Source: Alphaproteobacteria bacterium (GTDB lineage Bacteria > Pseudomonadota > Alphaproteobacteria > RS24). From it: 64,000 nucleotides of DNA. Numbering within the stretch: the stretch's first letter is position 1; the number at the start of each line of letters is the position of its first letter. Positions 29,217 to 40,319 of the stretch are shown here, in pieces. The notes beneath the pieces are model-generated. The model did not search any database. It saw only the letters and a program-made list of their open reading frames with translations, and had not been told where the DNA came from. The stretch lies in assembly GCA_965662725.1 (NCBI GenBank), contig CBFIIT010000001.1, positions 83,350-147,349 on the forward strand, in the 5' to 3' direction. The position numbers and the translations under genes were made by a program.

Positions 29217-30482
29217 ATGGATCAAATCAAACTTGAAGAATTAAAGGCGAAATCGCCGACAGAGCTTTTGGCTTTTGCCGAAAAGCATGAAATTGAAAAT
29301 GCCTCGGCCATGCTGAAGCAAGACATGTTGTTCGCCATATTGAAAAAATTGGCGGAGGATAATGTTACCATTATCGGCGAGGGTGTGGTTGAAGTGCTGC
29401 AAGACGGCTTCGGTTTTTTGCGTTCGCCCGATGCCAATTATTTGCCCGGTCCTGATGATATTTATGTCAGCCCCAGTCAAATTCGCCGCTTTGCTTTGCG
29501 CACTGGCGATACGTTGGAAGGCGAAATTCGCAGCCCGAAAGAGGGCGAGCGTTATTTTGCCCTATTGAAAGTTAATAAGATTAATTTCGAAGATCCCGAA
29601 AAAGCGCGCCAAAAAGTACATTTCGATAATTTAACGCCGCTCTATCCCGATGAGGCGGTGCGCATGGAAATTGACGATCCGACCCGTAAGGATTTATCGA
29701 CCCGGGTGATTGATATTGTTGCCCCTTTAGGGAAAGGCCAGCGTGCTTTGATTGTCGCGCCGCCGCGGACCGGTAAAACCGTATTGATGCAAAATATTGC
29801 ACAAGCCATATCGGCTAATCATCCTGAATGTTATCTGATTGTTTTATTGATTGATGAACGCCCTGAAGAGGTGACCGACATGCAACGCTCGGTCGATGGC
29901 GAGGTTGTATCTTCGACATTTGATGAGCCGGCGACACGGCATGTGCAAGTAGCTGAAATGGTGATTGAAAAGGCCAAGCGTCTGGTCGAGCATGGCCGCG
30001 ATGTAGTGATTTTATTGGACAGCATTACCCGCTTGGGGCGCGCTTATAATACGGTTGTGCCAAGCTCCGGCAAAGTGTTGACCGGTGGTGTTGATGCCAA
30101 TGCGCTGCAGCGGCCGAAGCGGTTTTTCGGTGCGGCGCGTAATATTGAAGAGGGCGGCTCGCTGACAATTATTTCAACCGCTTTGATCGAAACCGGCTCG
30201 CGCATGGATGAGGTTATCTTTGAAGAGTTTAAAGGTACCGGTAATTCTGAAATCGTACTTGACCGGAAAATTTCCGATAAGCGCGTGTTCCCGGCGATTG
30301 ATATTATGAAGTCCGGCACGCGCAAAGAAGAACTGCTGATAGAGCCGACCGCTTTGGCAAAAATCTATGTCTTGCGGCGCATTTTAAACCCTATGGGGGC
30401 GGTGGATGCGGCCGAGTTCCTTATCGATAAGTTGAAGAATACCAAAGGCAATGATGAGTTTTTCGACTCGATGAACACGTAA
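29217..30482 (+). CDS. rho: Transcription termination factor Rho
   Basis: 421 aa from ATG 29217. It has the N-terminal domain ([20 protein letters not shown]), an RNA-binding OB fold, the Walker A motif APPRTGKT and LIDERPEEV. Confidence 0.98.
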   Translation: MDQIKLEELKAKSPTELLAFAEKHEIENASAMLKQDMLFAILKKLAEDNVTIIGEGVVEVLQDGFGFLRSPDANYLPGPDDIYVSPSQIRRFALRTGDTLEGEIRSPKEGERYFALLKVNKINFEDPEKARQKVHFDNLTPLYPDEAVRMEIDDPTRKDLSTRVIDIVAPLGKGQRALIVAPPRTGKTVLMQNIAQAISANHPECYLIVLLIDERPEEVTDMQRSVDGEVVSSTFDEPATRHVQVAEMVIEKAKRLVEHGRDVVILLDSITRLGRAYNTVVPSSGKVLTGGVDANALQRPKRFFGAARNIEEGGSLTIISTALIETGSRMDEVIFEEFKGTGNSEIVLDRKISDKRVFPAIDIMKSGTRKEELLIEPTALAKIYVLRRILNPMGAVDAAEFLIDKLKNTKGNDEFFDSMNT

Positions 30483-30502
30483 AACAAGCAATTGCCAAAA
30501 GC

Positions 30503-31192
30503 TTAACCGAGTGCTTTTGCAAACATTTCCAAGCTTCGCCCATGCGCCAATTCAGTCGCGGCCGCATCATAATGCATACCATTATGACGGGCGAAAGCAT
30601 GGTCTTGACCCTGATAAATATGCACTTGCGCTTTTGTGTGTGCCCGCAAAGCCGTGGCAATGGCAGTTTGCGCGTCTTGCGGCACAAACTCATCTTCTGC
30701 CGCAATATGAATAAGTGTTGGCGCGGTAATATTATCGGCCTCGCCCAATAAATCTTGAATGCCGACCCCGTAATAAGAGGCATGTGCGTCACCATTGGTG
30801 CGACAGGCGGCGAGATAAACCATACGGCCGCCAAGACAAAATCCGATTGTCCCGACTTTGGCACACCCTTGCGCGCGGAGATAATCGATTGCTGCTTGAA
30901 TATCATGAACCCCTTCATCGCCATCATATCCATTCATCAGCGCAAAGGCTTTTTGCCATTCTTCTTCCGAACCATCGCTCAGAGAGACATTGCGCTCTTG
31001 TCGCCAAAATAAATCCGGTGCCAGCGCCAAATAGCCTTCTTCGGCCAACCAATCGGCGGTTGCTTTAATGTCGCCATTGACGCCGAAAATTTCTTGAATG
31101 ACGATTATCCCGGCTTTCGGCGCAGTGCTCGGCCGCGCCAAATAGCCGTCAAAATGTTCATCGCCGATATTTATTTTTACTGTTTCACCCAT
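30503..31192 (-). CDS. Dienelactone hydrolase family protein
   Basis: 229 aa. It has an alpha/beta-hydrolase fold with the GFCLGG nucleophile elbow and typical DLH length. Confidence 0.85.
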   Translation of the reverse strand: MGETVKINIGDEHFDGYLARPSTAPKAGIIVIQEIFGVNGDIKATADWLAEEGYLALAPDLFWRQERNVSLSDGSEEEWQKAFALMNGYDGDEGVHDIQAAIDYLRAQGCAKVGTIGFCLGGRMVYLAACRTNGDAHASYYGVGIQDLLGEADNITAPTLIHIAAEDEFVPQDAQTAIATALRAHTKAQVHIYQGQDHAFARHNGMHYDAAATELAHGRSLEMFAKALG

Positions 31193-31209
31193 TATCCGCT
31201 CCCGTCACA

Positions 31210-33303
31210 TTAATCGTGTATCGCTTCATTCATGTCAGTCTGTCTTTCCACCACCAGCGCGTCAAGCGCCGCGTTCAGCTCTGCAACGTCCGTCAGGGGC
31301 GGGCGGCAGCTTTGCCCGGGGCAGATATAAACGGCGGCTTGACCCTTTATAAGCGCCTTGCCATGCGCCGGATGCGAAGGCGGCAAGGCGCTGTCAGGCG
31401 GCAAGCGCAAAACATGTCGTGAAATTATCGGATGCGCCAAGGCGGCGCGCTCCAATGATAAGGCGGCCGCATCATCACCGATAATTATGATCGAAAGCGG
31501 ATGGCATTGCGATAAATGCGCCGATAAGAGGGCGGTCATGGACGGATAATTTTGTGCCAAATGGCCGGCTAAAGCATTAAACCCATCGGCCGCCCGTGCC
31601 AGCCATAGAGGCTCGCCGGTAATCACGCCAAGCGCTTGAAACAAGGACAGGGCGACGGCATTGGCAGAGGGTTGTGCATTGTCTTGCACCGGTCGATTAT
31701 TGACCAGCAGGTTTTCTTGGGCCTGCCGATTGCTGAGATAGCCGCCGCGCGTCTCGTCATGAAATCGCTGGTGTAAAAGCTGCGCATAGTGAAGCGCATC
31801 ATCGAGATAGGCTTGCCGGGCTGTCGCCTCATAAAGCGCCACGGCAGCGATGCCGAAAAACCCGTAATCTATCGATAGCGATATTGGCAGAACAGTGCCG
31901 TCGCGCGCGGCATGGCGCATATGAAGCTCGCCGTCACTTGTTTCATCGCTAAGGGCTGTCTGGGCTGCTGCATAGGCGGTTTCGGCCATGCCCAGCCAGT
32001 CATCGCGTGCGAATTGCCGCGCCGCGCCGGCCAGCGCGGAAATCATCATGGCGTTCCAATCGGCCAGTATTTTATCATCGCGGCCGGGCGCAATGCGTTG
32101 ATTGCGAAGCGCCAATAATTGAGCGCGCGCGGGTTTTTGTTGGTCTTGTGGCGCATCCCCTTGCGCCAGTAAGTTTGGAATATTACGGCCCTCGAAATTG
32201 CCTGTTTCGGTAATGTCATATAGGGCACAAAAGCTTGCCGCCTCGGCGCCCAAAGCGGCATTAATTTCACTTTTATCCCAAAGGTAAAATTTGCCCTCTT
32301 CGCCTTCCGTATCGGCATCAAGGCTGGCTGCGAAACAGCCATTATCAACCAGCATTTCGCGGGCCAGCCAGTCAATGGTTTCTTCAATGCGGGACTTAAA
32401 TAAGGGCTCGCTACTGTCGCGATAAAGCGAGGTCAAAAGCTCAACCAGCAACGCATTGTCATAAAGCATTTTTTCAAAATGCGGCACCAGCCAATCGGCA
32501 TCGACACTATAGCGCGCAAAGCCACCACCAATATGATCATATATGCCGCCTTGGCAGATTTTGCGCGCACTGATCAGCACCGCTTCTTTAATCGCCGCAT
32601 CGCCGGATAATTGTGCTTGCTGCCAGATGAATTGATAAAGAAACGGTTGTGGAAATTTCGGCGCACCGGCCAAGCCGCCTTTTTCCAAATCTATATGCTC
32701 GGACAGGGTTTTGGCGGCGCGCGCCGGTAGGTCGGCCGGCATGGCCCCGCGCGCATCGGCTTTTGCTTTGGCGGTTAAGGATTGCGTCAGCGCTTTTGTA
32801 TTGGCGGCAATCTTATCGGGTGTTTCATGCCAGACGCGGGAAATCTCGTTTAGAATTTGGATAAAACCCGGTCGCCCATATTGCGGTGTTTTTGGAAAAT
32901 ATGTGCCGCCCCAAAACGGTGCGCCGTCAGCGTCCAGACATATGGTCAACGGCCAGCCGCCCTGTTCGCCCATCATCGCCAAGGCGCTCATATATATCTC
33001 ATCCAAATCGGGGCGCTCTTCGCGGTCCAGCTTGATGCAAACAAAATGCGCATTCATCAAAGCGGCGACCTCCGCATCTTCAAAACTTTCATGTGCCATC
33101 ACATGACACCAGTGACACGCCGCATAACCGATCGATAAAAGAACCGGCATATTGCGCCGCCGCGCCTCGTCAAACACGGCCGCTTCCCATGGCTGCCAAT
33201 GCACCGGATTATCTTTGTGTTGCAGTAAATACGGGCTGGTCGCCGCGCCGAGGCGATTGCGGGAAAAAAGCGCGGTTTGGTCGGGATTGCGTTTATCGGT
33301 CAT
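31210..33303 (-). CDS. Thioredoxin-domain protein, DUF255/YyaL (N-acylglucosamine-2-epimerase-like) family
   Basis: [17 protein letters not shown]...[17 protein letters not shown] is the DUF255 thioredoxin-like motif, followed by a six-hairpin glycosidase-like C-terminal region. The start is set at ATG 33303. Confidence 0.85.
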   Translation of the reverse strand: MTDKRNPDQTALFSRNRLGAATSPYLLQHKDNPVHWQPWEAAVFDEARRRNMPVLLSIGYAACHWCHVMAHESFEDAEVAALMNAHFVCIKLDREERPDLDEIYMSALAMMGEQGGWPLTICLDADGAPFWGGTYFPKTPQYGRPGFIQILNEISRVWHETPDKIAANTKALTQSLTAKAKADARGAMPADLPARAAKTLSEHIDLEKGGLAGAPKFPQPFLYQFIWQQAQLSGDAAIKEAVLISARKICQGGIYDHIGGGFARYSVDADWLVPHFEKMLYDNALLVELLTSLYRDSSEPLFKSRIEETIDWLAREMLVDNGCFAASLDADTEGEEGKFYLWDKSEINAALGAEAASFCALYDITETGNFEGRNIPNLLAQGDAPQDQQKPARAQLLALRNQRIAPGRDDKILADWNAMMISALAGAARQFARDDWLGMAETAYAAAQTALSDETSDGELHMRHAARDGTVLPISLSIDYGFFGIAAVALYEATARQAYLDDALHYAQLLHQRFHDETRGGYLSNRQAQENLLVNNRPVQDNAQPSANAVALSLFQALGVITGEPLWLARAADGFNALAGHLAQNYPSMTALLSAHLSQCHPLSIIIIGDDAAALSLERAALAHPIISRHVLRLPPDSALPPSHPAHGKALIKGQAAVYICPGQSCRPPLTDVAELNAALDALVVERQTDMNEAIHD

Positions 33304-33393
33304 CTCAGGCAGTTTAGCCGCAATTCGAAACTGTCTCAGCATAAAGATGACAATCGAGCCTTTTTAAATGAGTGAGATAATTGAGCGAGAGAG

Positions 33394-34719
33394 ATGCAGC
33401 AGGCTGAAACGATTTTTGCTCTATCGACGGCGCCGGTGCGCGCCGCTTTGGCGGTTATTCGATTGACCGGCCCGAAGGCCGTTGCGGCGCTGGAGGCGTT
33501 GACTGAAAAACCGTTACCGCCAATTCGCCAAGCGGCTTTGCGGGCGATTATCCATCCGATAGAGGGGCATTTATTGGATGAAGGCTTGGTGCTGCGGTTT
33601 GCGGCACCACATAGTTTTACCGGTGAGGATATGGTGGAGCTGCATCTGCATGGCGGTTTGGCGGTAACGCAATCGGTTTTGGCAGCTTTGGCGGCTTTGG
33701 ATTACCTGTCGGCGGCGGAAGGCGGCGACTTTACGCGCCGTGCGGTATTGAACGGCAAAATGGATTTAACAGCAGCCGAAGCGATTGCCGATTTAATCGA
33801 TGCTGAGGGTGTGGCGCAACAAGCGCAAGCATTGGGACAATTGCGCGGCGGATTGCGCGACAAGGTGAGCGATTGGCGTGACCGATTGAAAACCGTTTTG
33901 GCGCATTTGGAAGCCGATCTGGAATTTGCCGATGAAGACTTGCCGGGCGGCTTGGGGCAAAGCGCTTTGGCAGAATTGCCTGCGCTAAGCGCTGAAATTG
34001 ATGCAATGTTGGCCGACAGGCGCGGCTTGACCTTGCGCGATGGGTTGCAAATTGCGCTGGTGGGCCCGCCAAACGCCGGAAAATCGAGTATTCTCAATAG
34101 GTTAGCGGGGCGCGAGGCGGCTATTGTTTCGGCTCGCGCCGGCACCACACGCGATATTATCGAGGTGGCGATGAGCTTGGATGGGGTGCCGGTGACATTG
34201 GTCGACACGGCCGGTTTGCGCGATGCCGGTGATGATATTGAGCGCGAAGGCGTGCGCCGGGCCGTGGCGGTGGCGGCGCAGGCCTCTTTAAGCCTGTTTG
34301 TCAGTGCAGCGGATGCGACGGCGGAAACCGTCGGGATAAAAGGCGATGGTGCGGATATTTTGGCCAATGCTGATTTACATATTGCCAATAAGGCCGATTT
34401 AGGCCAACCGTCGGGTGATTTCGATATAGCCTTTTCGGCCAAAGACGGCACCGGAGAAGAGGCGCTATTAGCCGCATTACAAAGGCTGGTCGGCGAAAAG
34501 GCCGCCATGGGCGAGGGCGCGGCCATGACCCGCTTGCGGCATTTTGAGATTATGCGCGAGACGGCTGATTATCTGCAGCGCGCCCAAGATGCAGCGGCTC
34601 TGGAGCTGGCGGCCGAAGATTTGCGCTTGGCGCAGCGCGCCCTCGGACGAATGACCGGCGCCGTCGATGTTGAACAATTATTGGATGTGGTGTTCAGTGA
34701 TTTTTGTATCGGTAAGTAA
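33394..34719 (+). CDS. mnmE: tRNA modification GTPase MnmE
   Basis: [22 protein letters not shown], the G1 motif GPPNAGKSS and the C-terminal FCIGK motif are present. Confidence 0.95.
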   Translation: MQQAETIFALSTAPVRAALAVIRLTGPKAVAALEALTEKPLPPIRQAALRAIIHPIEGHLLDEGLVLRFAAPHSFTGEDMVELHLHGGLAVTQSVLAALAALDYLSAAEGGDFTRRAVLNGKMDLTAAEAIADLIDAEGVAQQAQALGQLRGGLRDKVSDWRDRLKTVLAHLEADLEFADEDLPGGLGQSALAELPALSAEIDAMLADRRGLTLRDGLQIALVGPPNAGKSSILNRLAGREAAIVSARAGTTRDIIEVAMSLDGVPVTLVDTAGLRDAGDDIEREGVRRAVAVAAQASLSLFVSAADATAETVGIKGDGADILANADLHIANKADLGQPSGDFDIAFSAKDGTGEEALLAALQRLVGEKAAMGEGAAMTRLRHFEIMRETADYLQRAQDAAALELAAEDLRLAQRALGRMTGAVDVEQLLDVVFSDFCIGK

Positions 34720-34737
34720 ACCCGCCGACAAAACAGA

Positions 34738-34753
34738 TGTTTCACGTGAAACA
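34738..34753. other. parS centromere-like site (perfect palindrome TGTTTCACGTGAAACA)
   Basis: It is an exact 16/16 match to the ParB-binding parS consensus and lies in the mnmE-mnmG intergenic region. Confidence 0.85.
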
Positions 34754-34856
34754 ATTTGTCATCACCGGACGCGCAGTTGCTGCTTGCCGCTGGCCCCTAA
34801 GCTGCGCTAATAGGCATAGCAGGCGGCGCGCAATCGGCCGCAATGAAAGAGACCAA

Positions 34857-36737
34857 ATGTCAAAGCGCTATGATGTTATCGTGATTGGTGGTGGCCATGC
34901 CGGCTGTGAAGCAGCAGCAGCGGCAGCGCGCTTTGGCGCGCAAACGCTTTTGGTTACGCATAAAATCGAGACAATTGGCGAGATGTCGTGCAATCCGGCA
35001 ATTGGCGGTGTTGGCAAGGGCCATTTGGTGCGCGAGATTGATGCTCTGGATGGGTTGATGGGCCGCGTCGCTGACCAGGCGGGCATCCAATTTCGTTTGC
35101 TCAACCGCCGCAAGGGACCGGCAGTGCATGGCCCGCGCACACAGGCCGATCGGAAATTATATCGCCAGGCCATGCAGCGCGAGATTGCCGCGACCCAAAA
35201 TCTCGATGTGCTTGGCGCACCGGTTGATGATTTGGCCGTCAAGGATGGCCGCTGTGTCGGCGTGATAACGGCGGATGGCGAAACCATTTCGGCCGCCTCT
35301 GTGGTTTTGACGACCGGCACATTTCTCGATGGCATCGTGCATATCGGCACGCAGCGCATTGCCGCGGGGCGGCATGGTGAAGCACCGGCCATTACCCTGT
35401 CTAAGCGGCTTTATGCACTGGCGGCAGAAAGCGGCGCACTGCAATTGGGACGGATGAAAACCGGCACACCGGCGCGCCTCGATGGGCGCAGCATCAATAC
35501 TGATATTTTGGAAGCGCAGCCGGCCGATGAAAACCCGCTGCCATTTTCCTTTATGACCGACAAGATAACTGTGCCGCAAACGGTTTGCCATATCACCCAT
35601 ACCAATCAAGCGACATTTGATATTATCGAGAAGAACGTCAAATTATCGCCGGTCTATTCGGGTCAGATTGAGGGTGTTGGCCCCCGCTATTGTCCGGCGA
35701 TTGAAGATAAGGTCGTGCGCTTTCCTGACCGCATTTCGCATCAAATTTTTCTTGAGCCGGAGGGTTTGGATGACCATACCGTCTATCCGAACGGCATCTC
35801 CACCTCATTGCCGGAAGATATTCAAGAGGCATTTATTCGCACCATTCCGGGCCTTGAACAGGTGAAGATTTTGCGCCCCGGCTATGCGATTGAATATGAT
35901 TATGTTGACCCGCGTGCGCTCCTGCCGAGCCTTGAGGCTAAGGCCTTGCCAGGGCTGTATCTGGCCGGACAAATTAACGGCACTACCGGCTATGAAGAGG
36001 CGGCCGGCCAAGGGCTGGTGGCGGGAATGAATGCGGCGCGCGCCGCGGCGGCGCAAGAGGCATTATTGTTTGACCGCGCCGAGGCTTATATCGGCGTGAT
36101 GATCGATGATCTGGTCACGAAGGGGGTCAGTGAGCCCTATCGTATGTTTACCGCGCGGGCTGAGTATCGGCTGACGCTGCGGGCCGATAATGCTGACCAG
36201 CGTTTGACCGCCAAGGGCATTGCGGCGGGCATTGTCGGTGCTAAACGCGGGCAAGCGTTTGATGAAAAAATGACCCGGCTGACGGCTGCGCGGGCGCAAG
36301 CAGCGAGCTGGCAAATGACGCCGAATGAAGCGGCTGATAAGGGTCTGCATATTCGCGCCGATGGGGTGCGCCGCAATATGGTTGAGTTGCTCGCTTATCC
36401 GTCGATTGAATGGGAAGATTTGGCGGCGATATGGCAGCCCATGCGCGATTGGTCGGATGATGTTCGTTTTCAGATAGAAACCGATGCGCGCTACGCCGGC
36501 TATTTGGACCGCCAACAAGCGGATATTGAAGCGTTTCGCCGCGATGAAGCATTGCGCTTGCCGGTGGATATGGATTATTTGGCGCTGGAAGGCATGGCCA
36601 CTGAAGTGCGGCAAAAACTGGCCATTGCCAAGCCGCTAACCTTGGGCCAGGCGGCGCGCATGGATGGCATGACGCCGGCCGCCTTGACCTTGCTTTTGCA
36701 CCATGCGCGCAAAGCGCAGGCCGAAGCGGCTGAGTAA
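34857..36737 (+). CDS. mnmG: tRNA uridine 5-carboxymethylaminomethyl modification enzyme MnmG (GidA)
   Basis: [16 protein letters not shown] is the FAD motif, close to the N-terminus when translation starts at ATG 34857. The track start at 34737 is an ATG created by the parS palindrome. Confidence 0.97.
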   Translation: MSKRYDVIVIGGGHAGCEAAAAAARFGAQTLLVTHKIETIGEMSCNPAIGGVGKGHLVREIDALDGLMGRVADQAGIQFRLLNRRKGPAVHGPRTQADRKLYRQAMQREIAATQNLDVLGAPVDDLAVKDGRCVGVITADGETISAASVVLTTGTFLDGIVHIGTQRIAAGRHGEAPAITLSKRLYALAAESGALQLGRMKTGTPARLDGRSINTDILEAQPADENPLPFSFMTDKITVPQTVCHITHTNQATFDIIEKNVKLSPVYSGQIEGVGPRYCPAIEDKVVRFPDRISHQIFLEPEGLDDHTVYPNGISTSLPEDIQEAFIRTIPGLEQVKILRPGYAIEYDYVDPRALLPSLEAKALPGLYLAGQINGTTGYEEAAGQGLVAGMNAARAAAAQEALLFDRAEAYIGVMIDDLVTKGVSEPYRMFTARAEYRLTLRADNADQRLTAKGIAAGIVGAKRGQAFDEKMTRLTAARAQAASWQMTPNEAADKGLHIRADGVRRNMVELLAYPSIEWEDLAAIWQPMRDWSDDVRFQIETDARYAGYLDRQQADIEAFRRDEALRLPVDMDYLALEGMATEVRQKLAIAKPLTLGQAARMDGMTPAALTLLLHHARKAQAEAAE

Positions 36738-36760
36738 GCGTTAAGCGCGACAACCGCCGC

Positions 36761-37435
36761 ATGAGCAAAGCACAGACACACAGCATAGCACCGCAAACCG
36801 CCGAGGCCTTTGCGGCACAGTTTGATGTTTCACGTGAAACATTGTCTCGCCTGATGGCCTATCAGGCACTGCTTGGCAAATGGCAAAAATCGATTAATTT
36901 GGTTGGGCCGGCGACTTTGCAGCATTTCTGGTCGCGCCATGTCGCAGATTCAGCACAAATATTGACGCATGCGCCGCGCCAAGCGCTGTGCTGGCTGGAT
37001 TTGGGTAGTGGCGCGGGTTTTCCGGCCTTGGTGCTGGCCATTATGCTGGCTGAAAGACAGCCCTTGGCGCATATGCACATGGTTGAGAGCGACCGCAAAA
37101 AGGCCAATTTTTTGCGCATGGTGCTAGCCGAAACCGGCGTTTCAGCCAGTGTGCATCATAACCGCATTGAGGGGCTGGCAAAGCAGCAGCTTGCGGCTTT
37201 AAATAAGGTGGATATTATCACCGCGCGCGCTTTGGCCGGATTGGCTGATTTGCTCGCTTTGATGCAGCCATTTTACAATTCATCCACAATTGCGCTGCTG
37301 CATAAGGGGCGCAATTGGCAGGAAGAATTGACCGCGGCACAACAATATTGGAAACTGACAATTGAAACTCATCATAGCTTGACTGATGATGGCGCCCGCA
37401 TTTTGGCACTGCGCGATCTACAGCCAAAGCCCTAG
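36761..37435 (+). CDS. rsmG: 16S rRNA (guanine527-N7)-methyltransferase RsmG (GidB)
   Basis: VSRETLSRLMAYQALLGKWQKSINLV and LDLGSGAGFPALVLAI (SAM motif) are present. Confidence 0.93.
   Translation: MSKAQTHSIAPQTAEAFAAQFDVSRETLSRLMAYQALLGKWQKSINLVGPATLQHFWSRHVADSAQILTHAPRQALCWLDLGSGAGFPALVLAIMLAERQPLAHMHMVESDRKKANFLRMVLAETGVSASVHHNRIEGLAKQQLAALNKVDIITARALAGLADLLALMQPFYNSSTIALLHKGRNWQEELTAAQQYWKLTIETHHSLTDDGARILALRDLQPKP
36826..36841. other. parS centromere-like site (perfect palindrome TGTTTCACGTGAAACA) inside rsmG
   Basis: It is an exact 16/16 match to the consensus. In the rsmG frame it encodes D-V-S-R-E-T. Confidence 0.85.
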
Positions 37436-37455
37436 CATTAATTGGAGCGCCGCGC

Positions 37456-38289
37456 GTGTCATCCCCCGTTTCTTCAGACCCTAAAAGCGCCGCGCCGCGG
37501 GTGATTTGCTTGGCCAATCAAAAGGGTGGCGTCGGCAAAACCACGACAGCAATCAATCTCGGCACGGCTTTGGCGGCGATTGGTGAGCCGGTTTTGCTGA
37601 TTGATATGGACCCGCAAGGCAATGCCTCGACCGGTCTTGGCATTGACCGCACGGCGCGCGAGAAAACCAGCTTTGATGTGCTGCTTGGCGAGGCCTCATT
37701 GGCCGAAGCCATTTGTGATACGGCTGTGCCGGGCTTTGCGCTTTTGCCGGCCAGCATGGATCTTTTGGGTGTTGAGGTTGAGCTGGCTGATAATCCGCGC
37801 CGCCTTTATCGCCTGACTGATGCGCTGAAAGAATTTACCGCCTCAAACGATGGCAGCCGCTTTTCCTATATTTTTATCGACTGCCCACCGTCTTTGAATA
37901 TGCTGACGTTGAATGCCATGACTGCCGCACAATCGGTTTTGGTGCCGCTGCAATGCGAGTTTTTTGCGCTGGAAGGGTTGAGCCAGCTTTTGCAAACCAT
38001 TGAGCAGGTTAAAGGCGGGCTAAATCCGGCTTTGGATATTCAGGGTATTGTGCTGACCATGTATGATGCGCGAAATAATTTATCGGCGCAGGTCGATGCA
38101 GATGTGCGCGGGCATTTTGACGGTTTGGTTTACGAGACGCTTATCCCGCGCAATGTGCGTGTTTCGGAAGCGCCCAGTCATGGCAAACCGGCGCTTTTAT
38201 ATGATCATAAATGCAGCGGCTCGCTGGCTTATATGAAATTAGCCAGCGAATTGGTGCGGCGCGAAGAAAAGCGTCGGCACGCGGCCTGA
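37456..38289 (+). CDS. parA: Chromosome partitioning ATPase ParA
   Basis: The deviant Walker A motif is ANQKGGVGKTTTAINL. The start is GTG and the gene lies upstream of parB. Confidence 0.95.
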   Translation: MSSPVSSDPKSAAPRVICLANQKGGVGKTTTAINLGTALAAIGEPVLLIDMDPQGNASTGLGIDRTAREKTSFDVLLGEASLAEAICDTAVPGFALLPASMDLLGVEVELADNPRRLYRLTDALKEFTASNDGSRFSYIFIDCPPSLNMLTLNAMTAAQSVLVPLQCEFFALEGLSQLLQTIEQVKGGLNPALDIQGIVLTMYDARNNLSAQVDADVRGHFDGLVYETLIPRNVRVSEAPSHGKPALLYDHKCSGSLAYMKLASELVRREEKRRHAA

Positions 38290-38321
38290 GGGTAGCGCGC
38301 GAAAGGACGGGAGATAATAAT

Positions 38322-39230
38322 ATGAGCGACACCGGAAAAAGAGGTTTGGGGCGCGGCCTGTCAGCGCTAATAGGCGATGCAGCAGCCCAACCGATTGCCG
38401 CCTCAGCAACAGAAAATGCGGTAGATGCGGCTAAAAATGATGGCTTGACCTATCTTGGCATCGACCAATTACAAGCCGGTCAATTTCAGCCACGCAAATT
38501 TTTTGATGAAAGCGAATTGGACGCATTGGCCGCTTCTATTGGCAAATCCGGTGTGTTGCAACCGCTATTGGTACGTGCGTTGGACGGCGATAAATATGAA
38601 ATCATCGCCGGGGAAAGACGCTGGCGGGCGGCCCAAAAAGCGCAATTACATCAGCTCCCGGTAATTATCCAGCCGGTTAATGACATTACCGCTATGGAAA
38701 TCGGATTGGTCGAAAACGTGCAGCGTGCTGACCTCAATCCGATTGAAGAAGCTGAGGGATATCAAAGGCTTATCGATGAATTTGCCTATACGCAAGCAGA
38801 GCTGGCTGAGACCATTGGCAAGAGCCGCAGCCATATTGCCAATTTATTGCGGCTGACCGGTGCGCCGGTTGTGCTGCGCGATGCGCTCATCAATGGGCGT
38901 CTTGGCATGGGTCATGCGCGCGCGCTTCTGGCTTTGTCATTATCGGGTGATGAGATGGCCGCTTTGGTGAAACAAATCATTAGCCAAGGTTTAAGCGTTC
39001 GGGCAGTGGAGAAGCTGGCGGCCACGAAAAAGCCGAAAAAATCAACTGCCCGTGCCGATCGAACAACAGAAAAAACGGCTGATACGCGGCAGGTTGAGAA
39101 ACAATTGGCGGATGCGCTGGGACTTCATGTATCACTTGATGACCGGGCGGAAAAGGGCGGTAGCCTGACAATAGATTACAAGACATTGGAGCAATTGGAT
39201 GCGTTGATTGCGCGTCTTATCAGCCGATAA
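38322..39230 (+). CDS. parB: Chromosome partitioning protein ParB
   Basis: KRGLGRGLSALI is at the N-terminus and IAGERRWRAAQ is the ParB box. An HTH region is present. ATG 38322 follows an AGGACGGGAG Shine-Dalgarno-like region, and the track start at 38211 lies inside parA. Confidence 0.95.
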   Translation: MSDTGKRGLGRGLSALIGDAAAQPIAASATENAVDAAKNDGLTYLGIDQLQAGQFQPRKFFDESELDALAASIGKSGVLQPLLVRALDGDKYEIIAGERRWRAAQKAQLHQLPVIIQPVNDITAMEIGLVENVQRADLNPIEEAEGYQRLIDEFAYTQAELAETIGKSRSHIANLLRLTGAPVVLRDALINGRLGMGHARALLALSLSGDEMAALVKQIISQGLSVRAVEKLAATKKPKKSTARADRTTEKTADTRQVEKQLADALGLHVSLDDRAEKGGSLTIDYKTLEQLDALIARLISR

Positions 39231-39233
39231 ATT

Positions 39234-39271
39234 AGCCCCAAAGACCAGCCCCAAAGATCCGCCCAGAGATC
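39234..39271. repeat. Degenerate 13-bp-period tandem repeat (~3 copies) in the parB/holA convergent spacer
   Basis: The copies are agccccaaagacc / agccccaaagatc / cgcccagagatc. The third copy runs into the holA stop codon. Confidence 0.6.
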
Positions 39272-40319
39272 AACGTTTGGCAGCGCCGGCAATGCGCAAA
39301 AGCGCATTACCGGTTTGCGCTGAGGCCATGGCTGTATTGGCCCCACGGCAGTCGCGCTCCGCTTGATTTAAAATCTCCAAGGCGCGCGCACATTTGGCCG
39401 AAGTCCATAGCCGCATCTGCTCTTCAACCAGAGGCTTGCGCCGAAAATGCAAAGGCGGTCTGAAGCTGCTTATCGCTTTGCTTTGCGGTGTGCCGCTTTC
39501 CATTAACCCCAAAGCCAAATGCAATGTTTGAAAATGCAAACGTGCCATTACCAAAACCGAGGCGGCGGTGCTGCCGGCATCAAACAGTCGGCTCAAGGCT
39601 TTATCGGCCGTCGCCAAACGCCCCAAAGCAATTTGGTCAATAAGCTGGTCCATTGTGCCTTGTGTTTGATCGCCAAGCGCCAGATCGATATCTTCTGCAC
39701 TGATAAGACCGGACTCGCCTTTTTTGAGTACCCCTTTGAACAATACCAGCCGTTCAATCTCGCGCTGGATGATGCCGCGATCGGTTGCCAAGCGGGCGCA
39801 TAAAAGATCCAAGGCCTGCGCGTCAATGCGATAATTTTCGCCTTCCAAATATTGCCGCGCCAAGCGCGCAATATCTCGTGCCTCCAGCGCATAACAAGGT
39901 ATCGCCATTGCCGCCTTATCGGCTTCGACATTTTTGCGCAATGCGGCGGCCGGTCGTAAATTACCGCTTTCAATAATGACCATGGCCGATAAAGCGGCGG
40001 GCAGGTTTGCCAAATAAAGGCGCACCGCTTCCGGCACCGCGCCGCCGCCGCCGCTAATATGAACGAGTTTTTGTTCGCCAAACATCGGCAGAGCACCGGC
40101 TTCATCGGCCAATAGGCCGGGCTGGCCGGCAAATGCGCTTTCGTCAAAAGCAGCATATTGAAGCGGGTCAAAATCTTTGCCCAAATAGGCTGCCTTTAGT
40201 GCTTTGGCGGTTTCGTGCACGCCGCCCTGGTCGGGCCCATAAACCAAAACCAAAGCCGGCGCATTGGCTGCTTTCAGCTTTTGCACATAAGCTGTTGCTT
40301 CATGCGCCTTTAATTTCAT
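39270..40319 (-). CDS. holA: DNA polymerase III delta subunit
   Basis: 349 aa. The N-terminus has ALVLVYGPDQGGV, and HolA length plus position downstream of lptE-leuS fit the conserved leuS-lptE-holA order. Confidence 0.82.
   Translation of the reverse strand: MKLKAHEATAYVQKLKAANAPALVLVYGPDQGGVHETAKALKAAYLGKDFDPLQYAAFDESAFAGQPGLLADEAGALPMFGEQKLVHISGGGGAVPEAVRLYLANLPAALSAMVIIESGNLRPAAALRKNVEADKAAMAIPCYALEARDIARLARQYLEGENYRIDAQALDLLCARLATDRGIIQREIERLVLFKGVLKKGESGLISAEDIDLALGDQTQGTMDQLIDQIALGRLATADKALSRLFDAGSTAASVLVMARLHFQTLHLALGLMESGTPQSKAISSFRPPLHFRRKPLVEEQMRLWTSAKCARALEILNQAERDCRGANTAMASAQTGNALLRIAGAAKR

Noticed and set aside
33702-34526. There is a 274-aa ORF antisense to mnmE. Similar long antisense or alternative-frame ORFs occur at 50304-51008, 41700-42449, 48500-49093, 25084-25584, 34868-35392, 8932-9474 and 60635-61123.
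   Set aside because: All lie wholly inside genes whose products carry unmistakable conserved motifs on the other strand or frame. Their translations are low-complexity Ala/Ser/Pro/Arg-rich strings, typical of the complement of GC-at-third-position coding sequence. None has a recognisable motif or Shine-Dalgarno sequence.
38211-38321. These are over-extended starts in the ORF track for parB (38211), lptE (40981), hisB (20878), rho (29160), the response regulator (46051), ftsK (56080), both ACAD genes and others.
   Set aside because: The extensions overlap the upstream gene or a terminator and lack homology to the family N-termini. Internal ATGs with proper Shine-Dalgarno spacing coincide with the conserved N-terminal motifs.
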